DNA of 63,833 bases, counting the filler, from Octopus bimaculoides (lineage: Eukaryota): NCBI RefSeq assembly GCF_001194135.2. It is 10 parts of 9 records of this genome, joined end to end, with 100 filler letters (N's around TTAATTAATTAA, not from the genome) between each part and the next. Parts side by side here need not be neighbours in the genome. Positions count along the whole stretch, not along the records: positions 15,414 to 36,787 come from NC_068983.1; 9 more parts are not named here. One strand, 5' to 3'. Position 1 is the stretch's first letter. Each line of letters opens with the position of its first letter. The notes beneath the pieces were generated by a model. The model did no database searches. It saw only the letters and a list, made by a program, of their open reading frames with translations, and was not told the DNA's origin. The translations under genes were made by a program, and so were the position numbers. Positions 25,201 through 36,466 of this stretch are shown here, in pieces.

Positions 25201-28200
25201 CATTAATTGACACCATTCATTTTCTAATATCTTTTATTCTTGTTGACATGTATTGGATCCATATACTATGAAGTATCCTTCTTTTCATACCTAATATTTT
25301 CTAATTTCACATATTTGTCATATCCATTAGTTAATAACCATTGATAACAAGTATGCTGATATTTAAGACACATTTCTTTTTAAAATACGTTGATTTGTTC
25401 TGATGCACTATCTCACAGTTCTAAGTACTGTGAGGAACATTAAACTCTGCTTTTCTTTTATTTTGGTAAGGTGACATTTCTCTAAAGAAATATCTAGGCC
25501 CTACTTTCTGCAGCTCTTTTACTTTTATTTGTTTCATTTCTTCTCGGTTTTTTTTACCATGTTGTTTCACTTTTGTATTATTCTGAAGTACTGGGTCTCT
25601 CTTCTGGATCTATATACATTTTTTTTTTGCCTCTGAGTATAAACAAGTTTCTATCATTGTGTGAAATTTACTGTCATAGAAGCCCTGTCAGCTTTCACAA
25701 GTTTCTTCTTATTCATTGTCTTCATTCTGCATTCATTGTTTCAAACTGGCTCTCATTTTATCTATGTTTAATAGAACATTTCGTTCAAACATTATTATGT
25801 TAATGATAAACCTTTGTCAGACCCAACAGAATGAAACCTAGCCAGCTAGTTGATTGGCTTTGTGAAGTCTAAACTGAAATATTATATACATTTGCAGTAT
25901 ATATATATATATATATATATATTCTTCCACCCTGTTAATTTTCACTTTGTAAGTTGAACCTTTTAATATAAATTCATCATCTGAAAGTCTCTGGCTTTTG
26001 CTTTCTCTCGTTTTGCATGTATACATATATACATATTTTCTATTTCATACTCAGACTATTATATTTGATATATCTAATGTATCTCATTTATTTTTCTGCA
26101 TAATTGCCTCTCTCTATATATATAATACACACACACACACACACACAATGATATTTACAATCATGGCCTTTAAAATACCTTTATTTTCATCATTATGTAT
26201 GCTTTTTGTGCTGGGAGGGGTTGGATGGTTCTTCATGTTCTGTATCATTTTTTAAATGTGATCTACTCCTATCCTAAAGGCTGGTGCTCACATATGTCAT
26301 TTGGCTTGGTTTCTACAGTTTCTTTGCTCATTTGTCAACAACTTTACATTTTTTTTGTGACATCATCATTAGAAATGTAGTCGTGTTCATTATTCACCTA
26401 TAGAGGGATCATGGCAGGTTCCATCCTTGCACCAGTACAGTGTTAGAGAGTGCTCAGTATTCTATGGTGTGTAATTTGAGGGAATAGGAGAAGGAGCAAT
26501 GACAACAAAAAGGGTAATTTAGAAGGCTGGAATTAGAGTGAATAACATAGAGTGTGAACATTTGCTCTTTTAAACAGGGAGAGAAACTAGAATGGTTAGG
26601 AGAGTGGAAGGAGAAAGAGTATATGATGGAAGAAAGGCATGAATATTTCAGGGTAGAATTGAGAGATGTGATTGGTAATATCAGAGGTGGATAAAGATAA
26701 TTGTGGGTGAAGAGATAAAGAGTAAGTGATGGATGGCAATAGAGGTAGCCCAGAGGAGAGGGAGTACTGGCTGATAAAAAAACAGGGCAAAATTATACTG
26801 TGTTGGGGCAAATAAGAGGGATCAATACAATATCTCAGTTGGATATTCCTTTGAGATAATTCTCACAAAGGTTTGATAGAACTGGTCATCTTCCTTACCT
26901 GTTACTCCCTCCTCCTACAAAAAATCCAATTATCTGATAGAAAAGTCCTAATGGTCCAATGCTGTACAACTTTTTGTAGACTTATAGCGGTATGAAGACC
27001 AGTGTAGATCACTCTAACACTGAGGTTGCTAGTGTGATGTACACTGTCGTAACACAAACCATTCTACACACAGTCTTTGTTTGCTTGAACTTGTTAACTC
27101 CATATCACTTACAAATGTATCTATCAGTTCACAACGTCTGCCATTACTTCTAGTGTGGTATCTCACACACTTGGCTCATATTTGTATTTTAATATTTCTC
27201 TCTCAGAATTAGCCCATGTTTTACTTTAAACAACCTGCAGACTTTTATACTGATGTTCAATCATATCACTGTTGCACAATTTATCTCTGATCTCCAGTCT
27301 GAGTCATTATGAATGGTCTAAGGGCAACTAACCTACTTTCTGAGAATAACCTTTAAATGATAAATGTCAGTGTATGGTTTAAGATCATTACTCAGAAATG
27401 TATACAACCTTGCTTATATGGCTTGTGTGTGTTTGCATAGCCATGCTTGTGCACATGTGCAGCCACATCGCAATCCAACAAGGGAACTTTTATGTGGTCA
27501 CTCAGCTTACTGCTTACTAGAAATAGCTTGCATCTCTCACATTATGCTCTAATTTGTTATAAAAGGAAACATGAGGTAGTGTGGTCCTGGATGCATTGAG
27601 CATGATTAAGAGAAACAGGATGATTTCAGCTGGAATGGATCTGACCAGGGCTGTCCTGTGGGTAACCTCTGCAATAACTGCAGTCAGTGTATGTATGTAA
27701 ACCTTTACTCAAACACATTCATACACACACTCACTATAAACCATGCTATGAGAAAAATGCAAACTTTATTTCAGTACATTAAGTTCACATAACATACTAA
27801 TTCAAGAAGAAATTCCAGTTGCCAGCAGCAATTTCAGTTTGTGATGAGTCCAACCATTTAGATTTATACCATTTTATTTATATTATCTTCTAATAAAATA
27901 AAGCTAATAGAATCAAAAGGGGGTGAAAACAGACAGCCTTACAGAAAAGTCTTCTATTTTGCTATCAAGGTTTCAGAAACACAGCAACATCCCATATGAA
28001 GATATGTTATTCTTTGATGATGAAGGGAGGAATGTAACAGCTGTTGGTAACATAGGTAAGAATATATTTTAATAAATTCACTGTTTCGTCATTTCACTTT
28101 TACATGCATGTCTTTGTGTATGTGCCTTAACATGTGGAAGAGAAAAACAAAACTGGATCTTCCATGAATGAATATTGTTTTTGCTTTGAATTACACTGTG

Positions 28201-30870
28201 TAACACGATTTTTTATCCTTGAGTAACAACTGTTATTTCCTATTTGCCTACCCCTAGAAAGTATGGAAAATGGCTAATATTTCCTTCTAAATTTACTTTT
28301 GTTCCATTTATTCAAGTGCCAAATAATTCCTCTCAACACATCACTATGATGCCCTCCTCTTCTCCTGCTCATGATAGCCACTAAAGGACATGCTCAAGTG
28401 GTTAAGGTCAAGCAAATCTGTGGTATTAAGCAGAACGTTTGTTATGACAATATTTCTGTAACTCAGCACTGAATCTATCTGAAATGTAATGGCAAGTAAG
28501 TCAGTTTCAAAATATTGATGTCTAGGTTACAAAAGCAATATTTCCTTTTATTTCTAGATAGAAGAAAATAGGAAATAACACTTACTGACCAAAGACAAAA
28601 AAAAAATGTTACACAGTGTTATAGAGCAAGCAACTGAGTATTCCAGACATTTTCAGACAGAATCAACATAGCACTATGTTTGACAAAGATGGCACATTCA
28701 ATTGGAGAAACAGTCCATTGAATGGGCATCTACATAGTTTCTGTTTATCTAATCTCACTCACAAGACATAGATTGAACTGAGTCTGTCATAAAAGACTCA
28801 TGCTTAAGATACCATGCAGTGTGATCATGTCTGAGATTTCATGATTAGAACTAAAATTCTTGACTACTCAGTTATGCCTGTTCTCATATGCCATCCGTAC
28901 ACACACACACTTATTAATACTCTTTTTACTCTTCTACTTGTTTCAGTCATTTGACTGCAGCCATGCTGGAGCACTGCCTTTAGTCGAGCAAATCGACCCC
29001 AGGACTTATTCTTTGGAAGCCTAGTACTTATTCTATCGGTCTCTTTTGCCGAACCGCTAAGTTACGGGAACGTAAACACACCAGCATCAGTTGTCAAGCG
29101 ATGTTGGGGGGACAAACACACACATACACACATATATATATATACATACATATATACAATGGGCTTCTTTCAGTTTCCGTCTACCAAATCCACTCACAAG
29201 GCTTTGGTCGGCCCGAGGCTATAGTAGAAGACACTTGCTCAAGGTGCCACGCAGTGGGACTGAACCCAGAACCATGTGGTTGGTAAGCAAGCTACTTACC
29301 ACACAGCCACCCCTGCACCTATGTTTGTTTTTTTGTATCAAGCTGTATATATAAAAACAATTTAACATTAAACTGAAAGATTACTCAATACTTTTCAACA
29401 GAATGCATATTTATGAACTTTTACAAAGGAAAAGGCTGATAGTGACTTCAAAGTTTTGATTTGTTTTTATCAATCAGAAGGCAAGCAAGCTGAAATCTTT
29501 TCCTTGCAAAAGTTTATAAAGGTGTCTTTTACTTGTTCCAGGCATTTGACTGTGGCCATGCTGGGGTACTGCCTTGAATGGTTTTAGTTGAACAAATTGA
29601 CACCAGGACTTACTTTTTTAAAGCCTAGTACTTCTACCAGTCTCTTTTGCTGAACCATTAAGTTACAGGGATGTAAACACACCAACACTGGTTGTCAATT
29701 GGTGGTGGACAAACAAACAAGGACACTCACACACACATAAATTTATATATATGTACACAACAGGCTTCTTTCAGTTTTCATTTACCAAATCCACTCACAA
29801 GGTTTTGGTCAGCCCAGGGCTATAGTAGAAGACACTTGCTGAAGGTGCCACACAGTGGGACCGACCTTGGAACCATGTGGTTGGGAAGCAAACTTCTTAC
29901 CACACAGCCACTCCTGCACCTATATACCACAGTTGCACCTATACATATACATTCAGGCATGTATATATTATTCCCAACATATATACATAAGATATTTTTT
30001 CTCTTCTATTGTAGATTTTGAAAACAACCTATTATCATTTTTGTCTATTTTGAGCAGCTCTTTGATCAGCATCATTCCAGCTATAACTTCTGATAATATA
30101 TCTAGGACCATGTTATCCACTGTTTCATCTTTTTGTAAGATGGTAGGGTATGACTTGAGGAAGATTTCATTGCTATTTCTAGTATTGCAATAGTTTTCGG
30201 TGGTGGCCACAGAAGCAATGTAAACTAGGCCAGAGCATGACATGTGTCCTAGATGCAAGAACTGTTTAATCATTAGATAGTAGTGAAATGAAAGCTATGG
30301 ACTCAGCAAACTGCTCTGGAATTTGTAGGAATATTTTGAAATTTAGCTCTTGTTGCTGTTTAGCCCAAAGTCATCTCTGACCATTTAAACCCATGAGAGA
30401 AGATATTCCAGCTGTTATTGTTCCACTTTTTTTTCTCAGGATTTAATATATCTAGGGCTACATTATCCATGTGTCTTCCTTTTTCAAAGATAGAGTATAG
30501 TTTTGAGAGAAAATTAGTTGCCAATTCAAATAAAGGAAGCATTTGAGGGCTGAAAAGAAAACCACTGTGTTTTATATTCATCATACTAAAGACTTATTCT
30601 ATGTTCCTTCATTTCATTAAGTGGTGTGTGTAGAATCTTTGCAGATAAGAGAAAAGTTCATACTCTTTAACTTGTTTCAGTCATTTGACTGTGGCCATGC
30701 TGGAGCACCGCCTTTAGTCGAGCTAATCGACCCCTGGACTTATTCTTTGTAAGCCTAGTACTTACTCTATCGGTCTCCTTTTGCCGAACCGCTAAGTTAC
30801 GAGGACGTAAACACACCAGCATTGGTTGTCAAGCGATGGTGGGGGGACAAACACAGACACACAAACATAC

Positions 30871-30901
<31 letters not shown>

Positions 30902-32023
30902 TATCCATATATACGACGGGCTTCTTTCAGTTTCCACCTACCAAATCCACTCACAAGGCTTTGGTCAGCCCGAGGCTATAGTAGAAGACACTTGCCAAAG
31001 GTGCCACGCAGTGGGACTGAACCCGGAACCATGTGGTTGGTAAGCAAGCTACTTACCACACAGCCACTCCTGTGCATGTATGTTTTTTTTTTGTTATTCT
31101 TTTATATGTGTATAGGAGAGAAGAAATAAGAAAATGAAGGTAATGAAGCAAGAAATATCAGATGATATTCTTGAATTCAAACTAGATGCTAACAGTATGG
31201 TTTCAAATTTGGGTACAAGGTCAGCAATCTCGTTAGAGGGTGTAAGTCAATTACATTGACCCCCATTACTTAGCTGGTACATATTTTATTGACCCTGAAA
31301 GGATGAAAGGCAAAGTCAACCATGGTGGCATTTGAACTCAGAATGTAAAGTGGGAAGAAATACTGCCAAGCATTTTTCCTGGTGTGGTAATGATTCTGCC
31401 AGCTCGCCACCTGAGACACCACAGTAATATTATTGACATACTGATCTAGTGTAGGACACCATTTGACAAAGGTAAAACTAGAGATTATTATTGAAGGCTT
31501 TAATCGCAAATTTCACTATTTGCTGACCGAATCCCATTCTTGTAGATAAATTAAAGAACTTTAAGGTAATTTTGAATGCTGCAAGGAGTTTGAATGAAGA
31601 CAACTGGAAGAAGATGGCTAAGCATGTGTATACTTAGTGGTTAGAACCTACATAGTTAACTAACAAAATCATGCTTCTTCAAAAAAGTAAATAGGGAGGG
31701 ATGATCATAAATTGCAAGGAAGGTAAGTAGGATCTCTGTATAGTGATTATTAAGGGAATACCTGGACTAACCATATATGAATGTAACTATAATGAAAATA
31801 GTAACTTGTACTGGGTGGGAGTCAATGATGGGAAGGAAATAATACTCTAAATATTTAATAGATGGAAAGGAAAAAGATTATATATTTAGTTTGTGTTATT
31901 TTTTTTTTAAATTTTGTAGGTGTAACAGCAATTCATGTACACAAGGGCACTGGAGTTACTAAAGAAGTGATGAAAGAAGGACTAAAAAAATTTGCTGAAA
32001 ACAAGAAAAAAGCTGCATCCTAG
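16213..32023 (+). CDS. MDP1: Magnesium-dependent phosphatase 1 (HAD superfamily). Spliced CDS join(16213-16261,20411-20468,24380-24490,24629-24736,27970-28055,31920-32023), 516 nt, 171 aa
   Basis: Six exons with GT-AG boundaries and matching phases give MAVSYVDKPKLIVFDLDYTLWPFWVDTHVSPPFELRKDKVYDSLGDHVKHYPEVPEVLQSLQNEGYKLGVASRTCAIKSAKQLMDLFNWSKYFEFSEIYPGEKTIHFSQFQKHSNIPYEDMLFFDDEGRNVTAVGNIGVTAIHVHKGTGVTKEVMKEGLKKFAENKKKAAS*. The motifs VFDLDYTLWPFWVDTHV, YPEVPEVL, ASRT, EIYPG and FFDDE are MDP1-family hallmarks. Confidence 0.95.
17185..17675 (+). mobile_element. RTE-clade LINE, 5'-truncated 3' end, in MDP1 intron 1
   Basis: Translates with stops as KIRIFNTNVKAVLLYGAETW...RCLHSILKISWP...LWQRTNQ...LQWNPDGYRKRGRPKNSW, the typical RTE ORF C-terminus. 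Ends in an (AAGA)n tail. Confidence 0.85.
17815..18252 (+). mobile_element. Two tandem SINE family B copies (MDP1 intron 1)
   Basis: tcttcagattctgagttcaaatt...gtcgataaaataa.taccagttga occurs twice, and the first copy has an internal duplication. Confidence 0.82.
18324..18635. mobile_element. hAT (Charlie-like) MITE in MDP1 intron 1
   Basis: TIRs cagtgttatcaacc / agttgagaaccactg. Perfect 8-bp TSD GGTTAGAT at 18316-18323 and 18636-18643. Confidence 0.85.
20161..20340. mobile_element. piggyBac-like MITE, reversed copy with degraded right TIR
   Basis: Starts TTAA|CCCTTTAGCATT. The interior resembles the reverse complement of the 23024 copy. Confidence 0.55.
20411..20468 (+). CDS. MDP1: MDP1 coding exon 2 (DYTLWPFWVDTHVSPPFEL)
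   Basis: Acceptor ttttaatag|AT, donor AG|GTAAGA. Confidence 0.95.
21790..22720. repeat. Diverged tandem triplication, unit ~340-360 bp (MDP1 intron 2)
   Basis: ctgctacctctag recurs at 21795, 22153 and 22490. tgatctggtggtct, ggaggtggcag and gaacatccatgtttaagt recur in each unit. Confidence 0.92.
23024..23233. mobile_element. piggyBac-like MITE
   Basis: TTAA|CCCTTTAGCATT ... AATGTTAAAGGG|TTAA. The internal sequence is shared with the copies at 20161 and 57118. Confidence 0.75.
23490..23880 (+). mobile_element. SINE family A, full length, CpG-decayed (MDP1 intron 2)
   Basis: Aligns end to end with the other family A copies. Many CG to TG/CA changes. Confidence 0.88.
23944..24117. mobile_element. 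hAT (Charlie-like) MITE in MDP1 intron 2
   Basis: Degenerate TIRs caatgctctgcaacc / ggttatggaacactg. Perfect 8-bp TSD CCTTAGAC at 23936-23943 and 24118-24125. Confidence 0.8.
24380..24490 (+). CDS. MDP1: MDP1 coding exon 3 (RKDKVYD...KLGVAS)
   Basis: Acceptor ttttattag|G, donor AG|GTATTT. Contains YPEVPEVL. Confidence 0.95.
24629..24736 (+). CDS. MDP1: MDP1 coding exon 4 (RTCAIKSAK...EIYPGEKTIHFS)
   Basis: Acceptor ttctctag|A, donor CA|GTATGT. Confidence 0.95.
27970..28055 (+). CDS. MDP1: MDP1 coding exon 5 (QFQKHSNIPYEDMLFFDDEGRNVTAVGNI)
   Basis: Acceptor ctatcaag|G, donor G|GTAAGA. Contains HAD motif IV FFDDE. Confidence 0.92.
28922..29325 (-). mobile_element. SINE family A (MDP1 intron 5)
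   Basis: Full-length reverse copy of the shared sequence. Confidence 0.9.
29527..29930 (-). mobile_element. SINE family A, older copy (MDP1 intron 5)
   Basis: Full-length reverse copy with heavy CpG decay. Confidence 0.85.
30664..31075 (-). mobile_element. SINE family A, younger copy (MDP1 intron 5)
   Basis: Full-length reverse copy with most CpGs retained. Confidence 0.9.
31192..31412 (-). mobile_element. SINE family B, CpG-decayed (MDP1 intron 5)
   Basis: attgaccctgaaaggatgaaaggcaaagtcaac...tttgaactcagaatgtaa. Confidence 0.82.
31920..32023 (+). CDS. MDP1: MDP1 coding exon 6 (GVTAIHV...KKAAS*)
   Basis: Acceptor attttgtag|GT, stop TAG at 32021-32023. AATAAA downstream at 32197 and 32600. 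Confidence 0.93.
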
Positions 32024-32710
32024 CTAGCCTTTTATGAAAATCTTCTGTAACTGTTTCTATTATTTAATGTTAGACTTTTGCAAAATCCTTTCATCCTGTT
32101 TTTATACACAAAAATGAAGGATTACTGTAACACAACCAACCTGATCAGACCTTAACATATGTTTTCAGTTTTTAAGAAATATTTATTATTTAAAAGAATA
32201 AATTTAACTTTTAAGATGCAATGAACTCATTTGTTTGTATACTTATCTTCTTGAAAGCAATAGAATATTTTTTAACTATATTTTTGTAGTCTAGCATGTA
32301 AACATTTTAATGTCTCTGAGTACTTTTAGTCCTTGTGAATACACTGTGTTTGTTTTTTATTCTTTTCCTTTTAGCAGCTGAAAATCAAACAATACATGGC
32401 TAAATATATTATGGGCATCTATAGTTTCAACATATCTGATCTACCTCAGGCTTTAGCACCAGCTAAGAGTGCTGTTAAAACATTGTTTTTCAGATCTTTC
32501 ATTATTGGCCTTAAAATGCTTCTTACAAGAAGGATTGATTGACTGTGAAGATTTAAAATGTTGCAAAATATGTTACGTTGATTTTAACAACTTACTACCA
32601 ATAAAATATAAAATAACACCTTGCTATTGGTCAAAAATTTGTCTCAAGTTTTACAGTAATACATGTTTTTTTTTTGCTGAGAAAATTTTGTGAAAACCTT
32701 TTACTCCAAG

Positions 32711-32762
<52 letters not shown>

Positions 32763-32768
32763 TATGCA

Positions 32769-32846
32769 CAGGGTGTCCAGAAAGTTTTGCCTGATTTTTA
32801 TTTTATTGTACATATATATAATCAGGGAAACTTTCTGGACACCCTG
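32769..32846. mobile_element. 78-bp mariner-type mini element (TIR-TIR hairpin)
   Basis: CAGGGTGTCCAGAAAGTTT ... AAACTTTCTGGACACCCTG is a perfect 19-bp inverted repeat that extends imperfectly inward. TA lies on the right flank. Confidence 0.7.
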
Positions 32847-34504
32847 TACATATAAAATTTGAATACTGAATCGAAAGTTCAAGCTCTATGAGAGTTCATA
32901 GCAGAGTAAGAAGTTCAATTTCAATGAGTAGTGTAGAAGCATACGATATACCATTTGCACAAATATTATATAGTTTAGTGCAAAGTTACACAAGGTATGA
33001 TTTTTAATCAAATTAAACAAAAAAAAAAAAATGGCATTAGAAACAATACTTGTCAGGAATGATAAAGGAGGGAAGTCTGAAATTTTAACTGTATATTAAT
33101 GAAGATATCCTATTGGGAGTGAGTCTGATATGTGGTAGGTACAGTAACAACTTTGCACTTGTTTCAGTCTTAGATCTTCTCAGTAATATATACTCTAACA
33201 TGTACTTAGCAGATTTTAGGATGACTTATAAGACAATTTAAAATAATGACAATAGAAATTTTTCCAGGGATGCTTTTATGTAGAACATATAGTTTAGTGC
33301 AGGCTAACAATGTAGTTGGCTCAAAAGGAGTTTTAGTCAAAATGTATCCATAATTAGAAAAAAAAAACTCATTAGCATTAATGACAGTTCTTTTCGAGAA
33401 GTGTGATCCCTGGGAAATTTTCCAGCATCAGTTAATTATATTACATAATCAGTGGATAATTTCATGTAAAAACTATATTCTTTCAGTTATTCTAAGGTCT
33501 GTTATGTGTTAAACCACCTCAATGAAGTACAGTCTAATACAACTGAAACATATCCAGAGTTATCATTCTTACCAAGAATTAAAAATACACAGCCCATTGC
33601 ATATCTCCAGTTAATGTTTTAATCAATTTAAATTGCCAAGTTCTTCCCCTTGTCGTTCTTACAAAAACTAAACTTCTTTCCGTTAATCGTTACAGGGACT
33701 CTGATGATACTCCTACTTTTGTGTCTTACAGTCTTCTTTAGATTTTAGTCTTCATCTGCTAGGTTTAACATTTTCTAAAGATCTTGTCTGGAATTGTATT
33801 AGATCTATTGTTAATTCAGCTGCTCTGAAGTATGGTTCTCTATAACAAAATGACCATTATCTTTCTTCCAAATATATTCATCCGTTTAAGTTTATTCATC
33901 CTTGCATGGAATAATACTTTCACATTCAAGCTAGTGTCTCTTGTACTATTTTTCTCCTCCTTGATCAAATTCAAAAGCAAGCAAAACTTGTTCCACAGTT
34001 AAATATGAACTTAATTCTAGTGTTGATCTTTTATGACTTTTAAAAGTGTTTCACATTTGATTTTTTTCTTTCATTTTCTTTAGTAACTCTTAACATACTA
34101 ATTAGTTGCACGAGGGCCTGGATCAGAAATTCTTATCACTAAAGATTTTTATCATATTTGAATTTTCATTGATAAAAGTTGTTTTTGGTTCACAATTACC
34201 TATATGCTCTACATGTAAAATTTCACTCTAGCAAAATTTCTAATACTAATACTCTATAATCGATTACCTTACTATATGTCTTTATATATCTAGATGGCCT
34301 TAAGGAGAAAATCTTCAATCTTAGCCTAAAAGACAAACTGTATAGTTTCATCAATGAATTAAAACATGTCAAATAGCAAACTTTGAAGACCACATGCCAT
34401 ATTAATTTTATGGAATTTACTCTAAATAAAACATAATCTCATGAAATTAGATTCAATATGGTGTTATTTAAGTTAATCTGAAATAAAATATTGGAAAAAT
34501 ACGT

Positions 34505-35139
34505 TTAAGATCTTATAGGAATTGAATCTTTAGGAATTTGAAATTCTTCATCAATAGTGATATCAGCCATATTTGAAAGTTCATCGTCACTGTATGATAA
34601 GGTATCCTCCTCATCAGCAGGTAACGGTGAATTTGATTCGAGTTCTGATGAATCTAAAGAAGCTTCTTTATCTGAATCCAACACGCCCCGGATGCTGTCT
34701 AAAATAGTAGGATGTGGTTTGTGAAAGCCAGGAATTAATATGAGGCTTTTCTCTGAGTAAGGTTCAATGAAGTTAGCAACATAGGATGCACAGCCTCTTG
34801 GGTCATGATCACCATTTTTGGCAGGTTTATTCCAAAACGTCCTTTGTGAAGCTGGAAATGGCTTTTGTTTGTTGAGTCGAATTTCTTCAAGAAGCCATTG
34901 AGTAAGTTCAGGGGAGAAATATTTACTGAACGTTTGCTGTACTTTGCTTCTAGAGCGAATGAGGAGCATCTTGGCTACAGTGTTTGGATGTAAGAAGGCT
35001 TTTATAGCTCTCCATACGCCCTGGAAGACTGGACTGTGGTTAAGGCATATCACCATGCCGAGACGTTCTGGATAGTGATTGGACATGATCTGAGTAACAC
35101 CATAACCGAGGCGTGGGTTGCATAAAGGAAGTCTCAAAC
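34505..35139 (-). CDS. Last coding exon of a CRAL-TRIO (Sec14-like) lipid-binding domain protein
   Basis: Acceptor ttttatcacttcag|GT (phase 1), then a 210-codon open frame containing QIMSNHYPERLGMVICLNHSPVFQGVWRAIKAFLHPNTVAKM. This matches the CRAL-TRIO C-terminal signature (xxHYPERLGxxxxxNxPxxFxxxWxxxKxFLxPxTxxK). An acidic/Ser-rich tail follows. Confidence 0.88.
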
Positions 35140-36454
35140 CTGAAGTGATAAAAGCAAATAATAGTTAGAATTATATTTCTCAATTTTATTATCTTACATT
35201 CAAACCCATTAATATTTTATAGAAATATTATTGTCTGTAAAGGATAGCCAATTAACTGAACATAAAGAGAATTTTATGAAAATGTTATTCTGGTTTGAGA
35301 GTTTATTTGAAGTCAGTGTAATATCTATAGACACTGACAGTGAGATGACTATGAAACAAAAGCAATTGAGGTACCAAAACTATGGTGATTGGGCACACTG
35401 AATTATTAACTGTTGGGTACTCTTGCAAAATTATCTAAAAATGGTTATTTAAATGGAATCAGTGAAACTGGGAAGTTTCAGCTATGTTATCAACAAAGCT
35501 GACATTAATATGTAATCTTTGAAACAATTAGTCACACTAAATATGCCTATTGTTTATTTGCCTAATCATAATCAGAGATACCTATCACCAGATTAATTAT
35601 TACGCTGTTTTACATCTAGTGGAAAGGAAAGAAAAGAGTTGTATCTCTGAAAATATTATTAGCTATGCAAATAAAGAAGAAACATTATGAACTCAACCCA
35701 AAGGGGACATATTTTACAGCATTTATACTGATCTGCTTCTTCTCTATCAATCTTTTAAATATGTTTGTCTCATCGGCATCCCACATCTATTTAGATAAGT
35801 CATGAACTGAATTGGACTATATAATTATGAAAGCTAGACGATCAATAATATATATGACTATAATTGATTATATTCTTGAGCCAGTCAATGAAACCGTAAA
35901 TGAATTTCACAACTATATTTTATTCTCATTATTGAAAGCATTGAGGTAAAATAATCAGGGGAATGAAAAATATAAAGGGGAATGAAAATATCTTTATTGT
36001 TAGGTTTCCTTTTTACATTTAATATTCTCAAAATATCCTCAAATAAATATTGCATTTTTAAAAAAAAAGGACATTGAACCATGGTGACTACTGATGATGC
36101 AGTCTTTTCATGGAAGAATATGCCTGAATGTTTTCTTGTTACTTGGCTCTAGAAACAAATGAAACAATTTATAACAGTGTGTTGTATCTCTTCCGAGGTG
36201 CAGCTAGAATGGTAAGAGTTAAGTGTTTAGCCAAGGATACTGTATCTTGTCATCTGCCTTGTGCAGAGTCGGTCTTTTCTCAATTGCAGATGTTTATTTT
36301 TTAGCAACCAATGTTCTAGCAGATCAAATTGGACCGCATCTCTTATGGAATTGGTTGAAATTTTCTGTGTATTTGAAATTCGTTGGAGTATCTCAGCTCT
36401 TAAGTTGCTTGAGTGAATATTTGCAGCTTGCAGGATACATGTGTAGTAACGCCG

Positions 36455-36466
36455 TGCGCATGCGTA
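36455..36466. promoter_or_regulatory. NRF1-like motif TGCGCATGCGTA in a locally CpG-rich patch
   Basis: Motif match at the edge of the CpG-depleted domain, near a - strand splice donor at 36570. Confidence 0.25.

Noticed and set aside
35885-36148. Open frame after the acceptor at 36149 (minus strand)
   Set aside because: It runs through a poly-T tract, has no CRAL-TRIO similarity and ends in a stop. At most a UTR exon.
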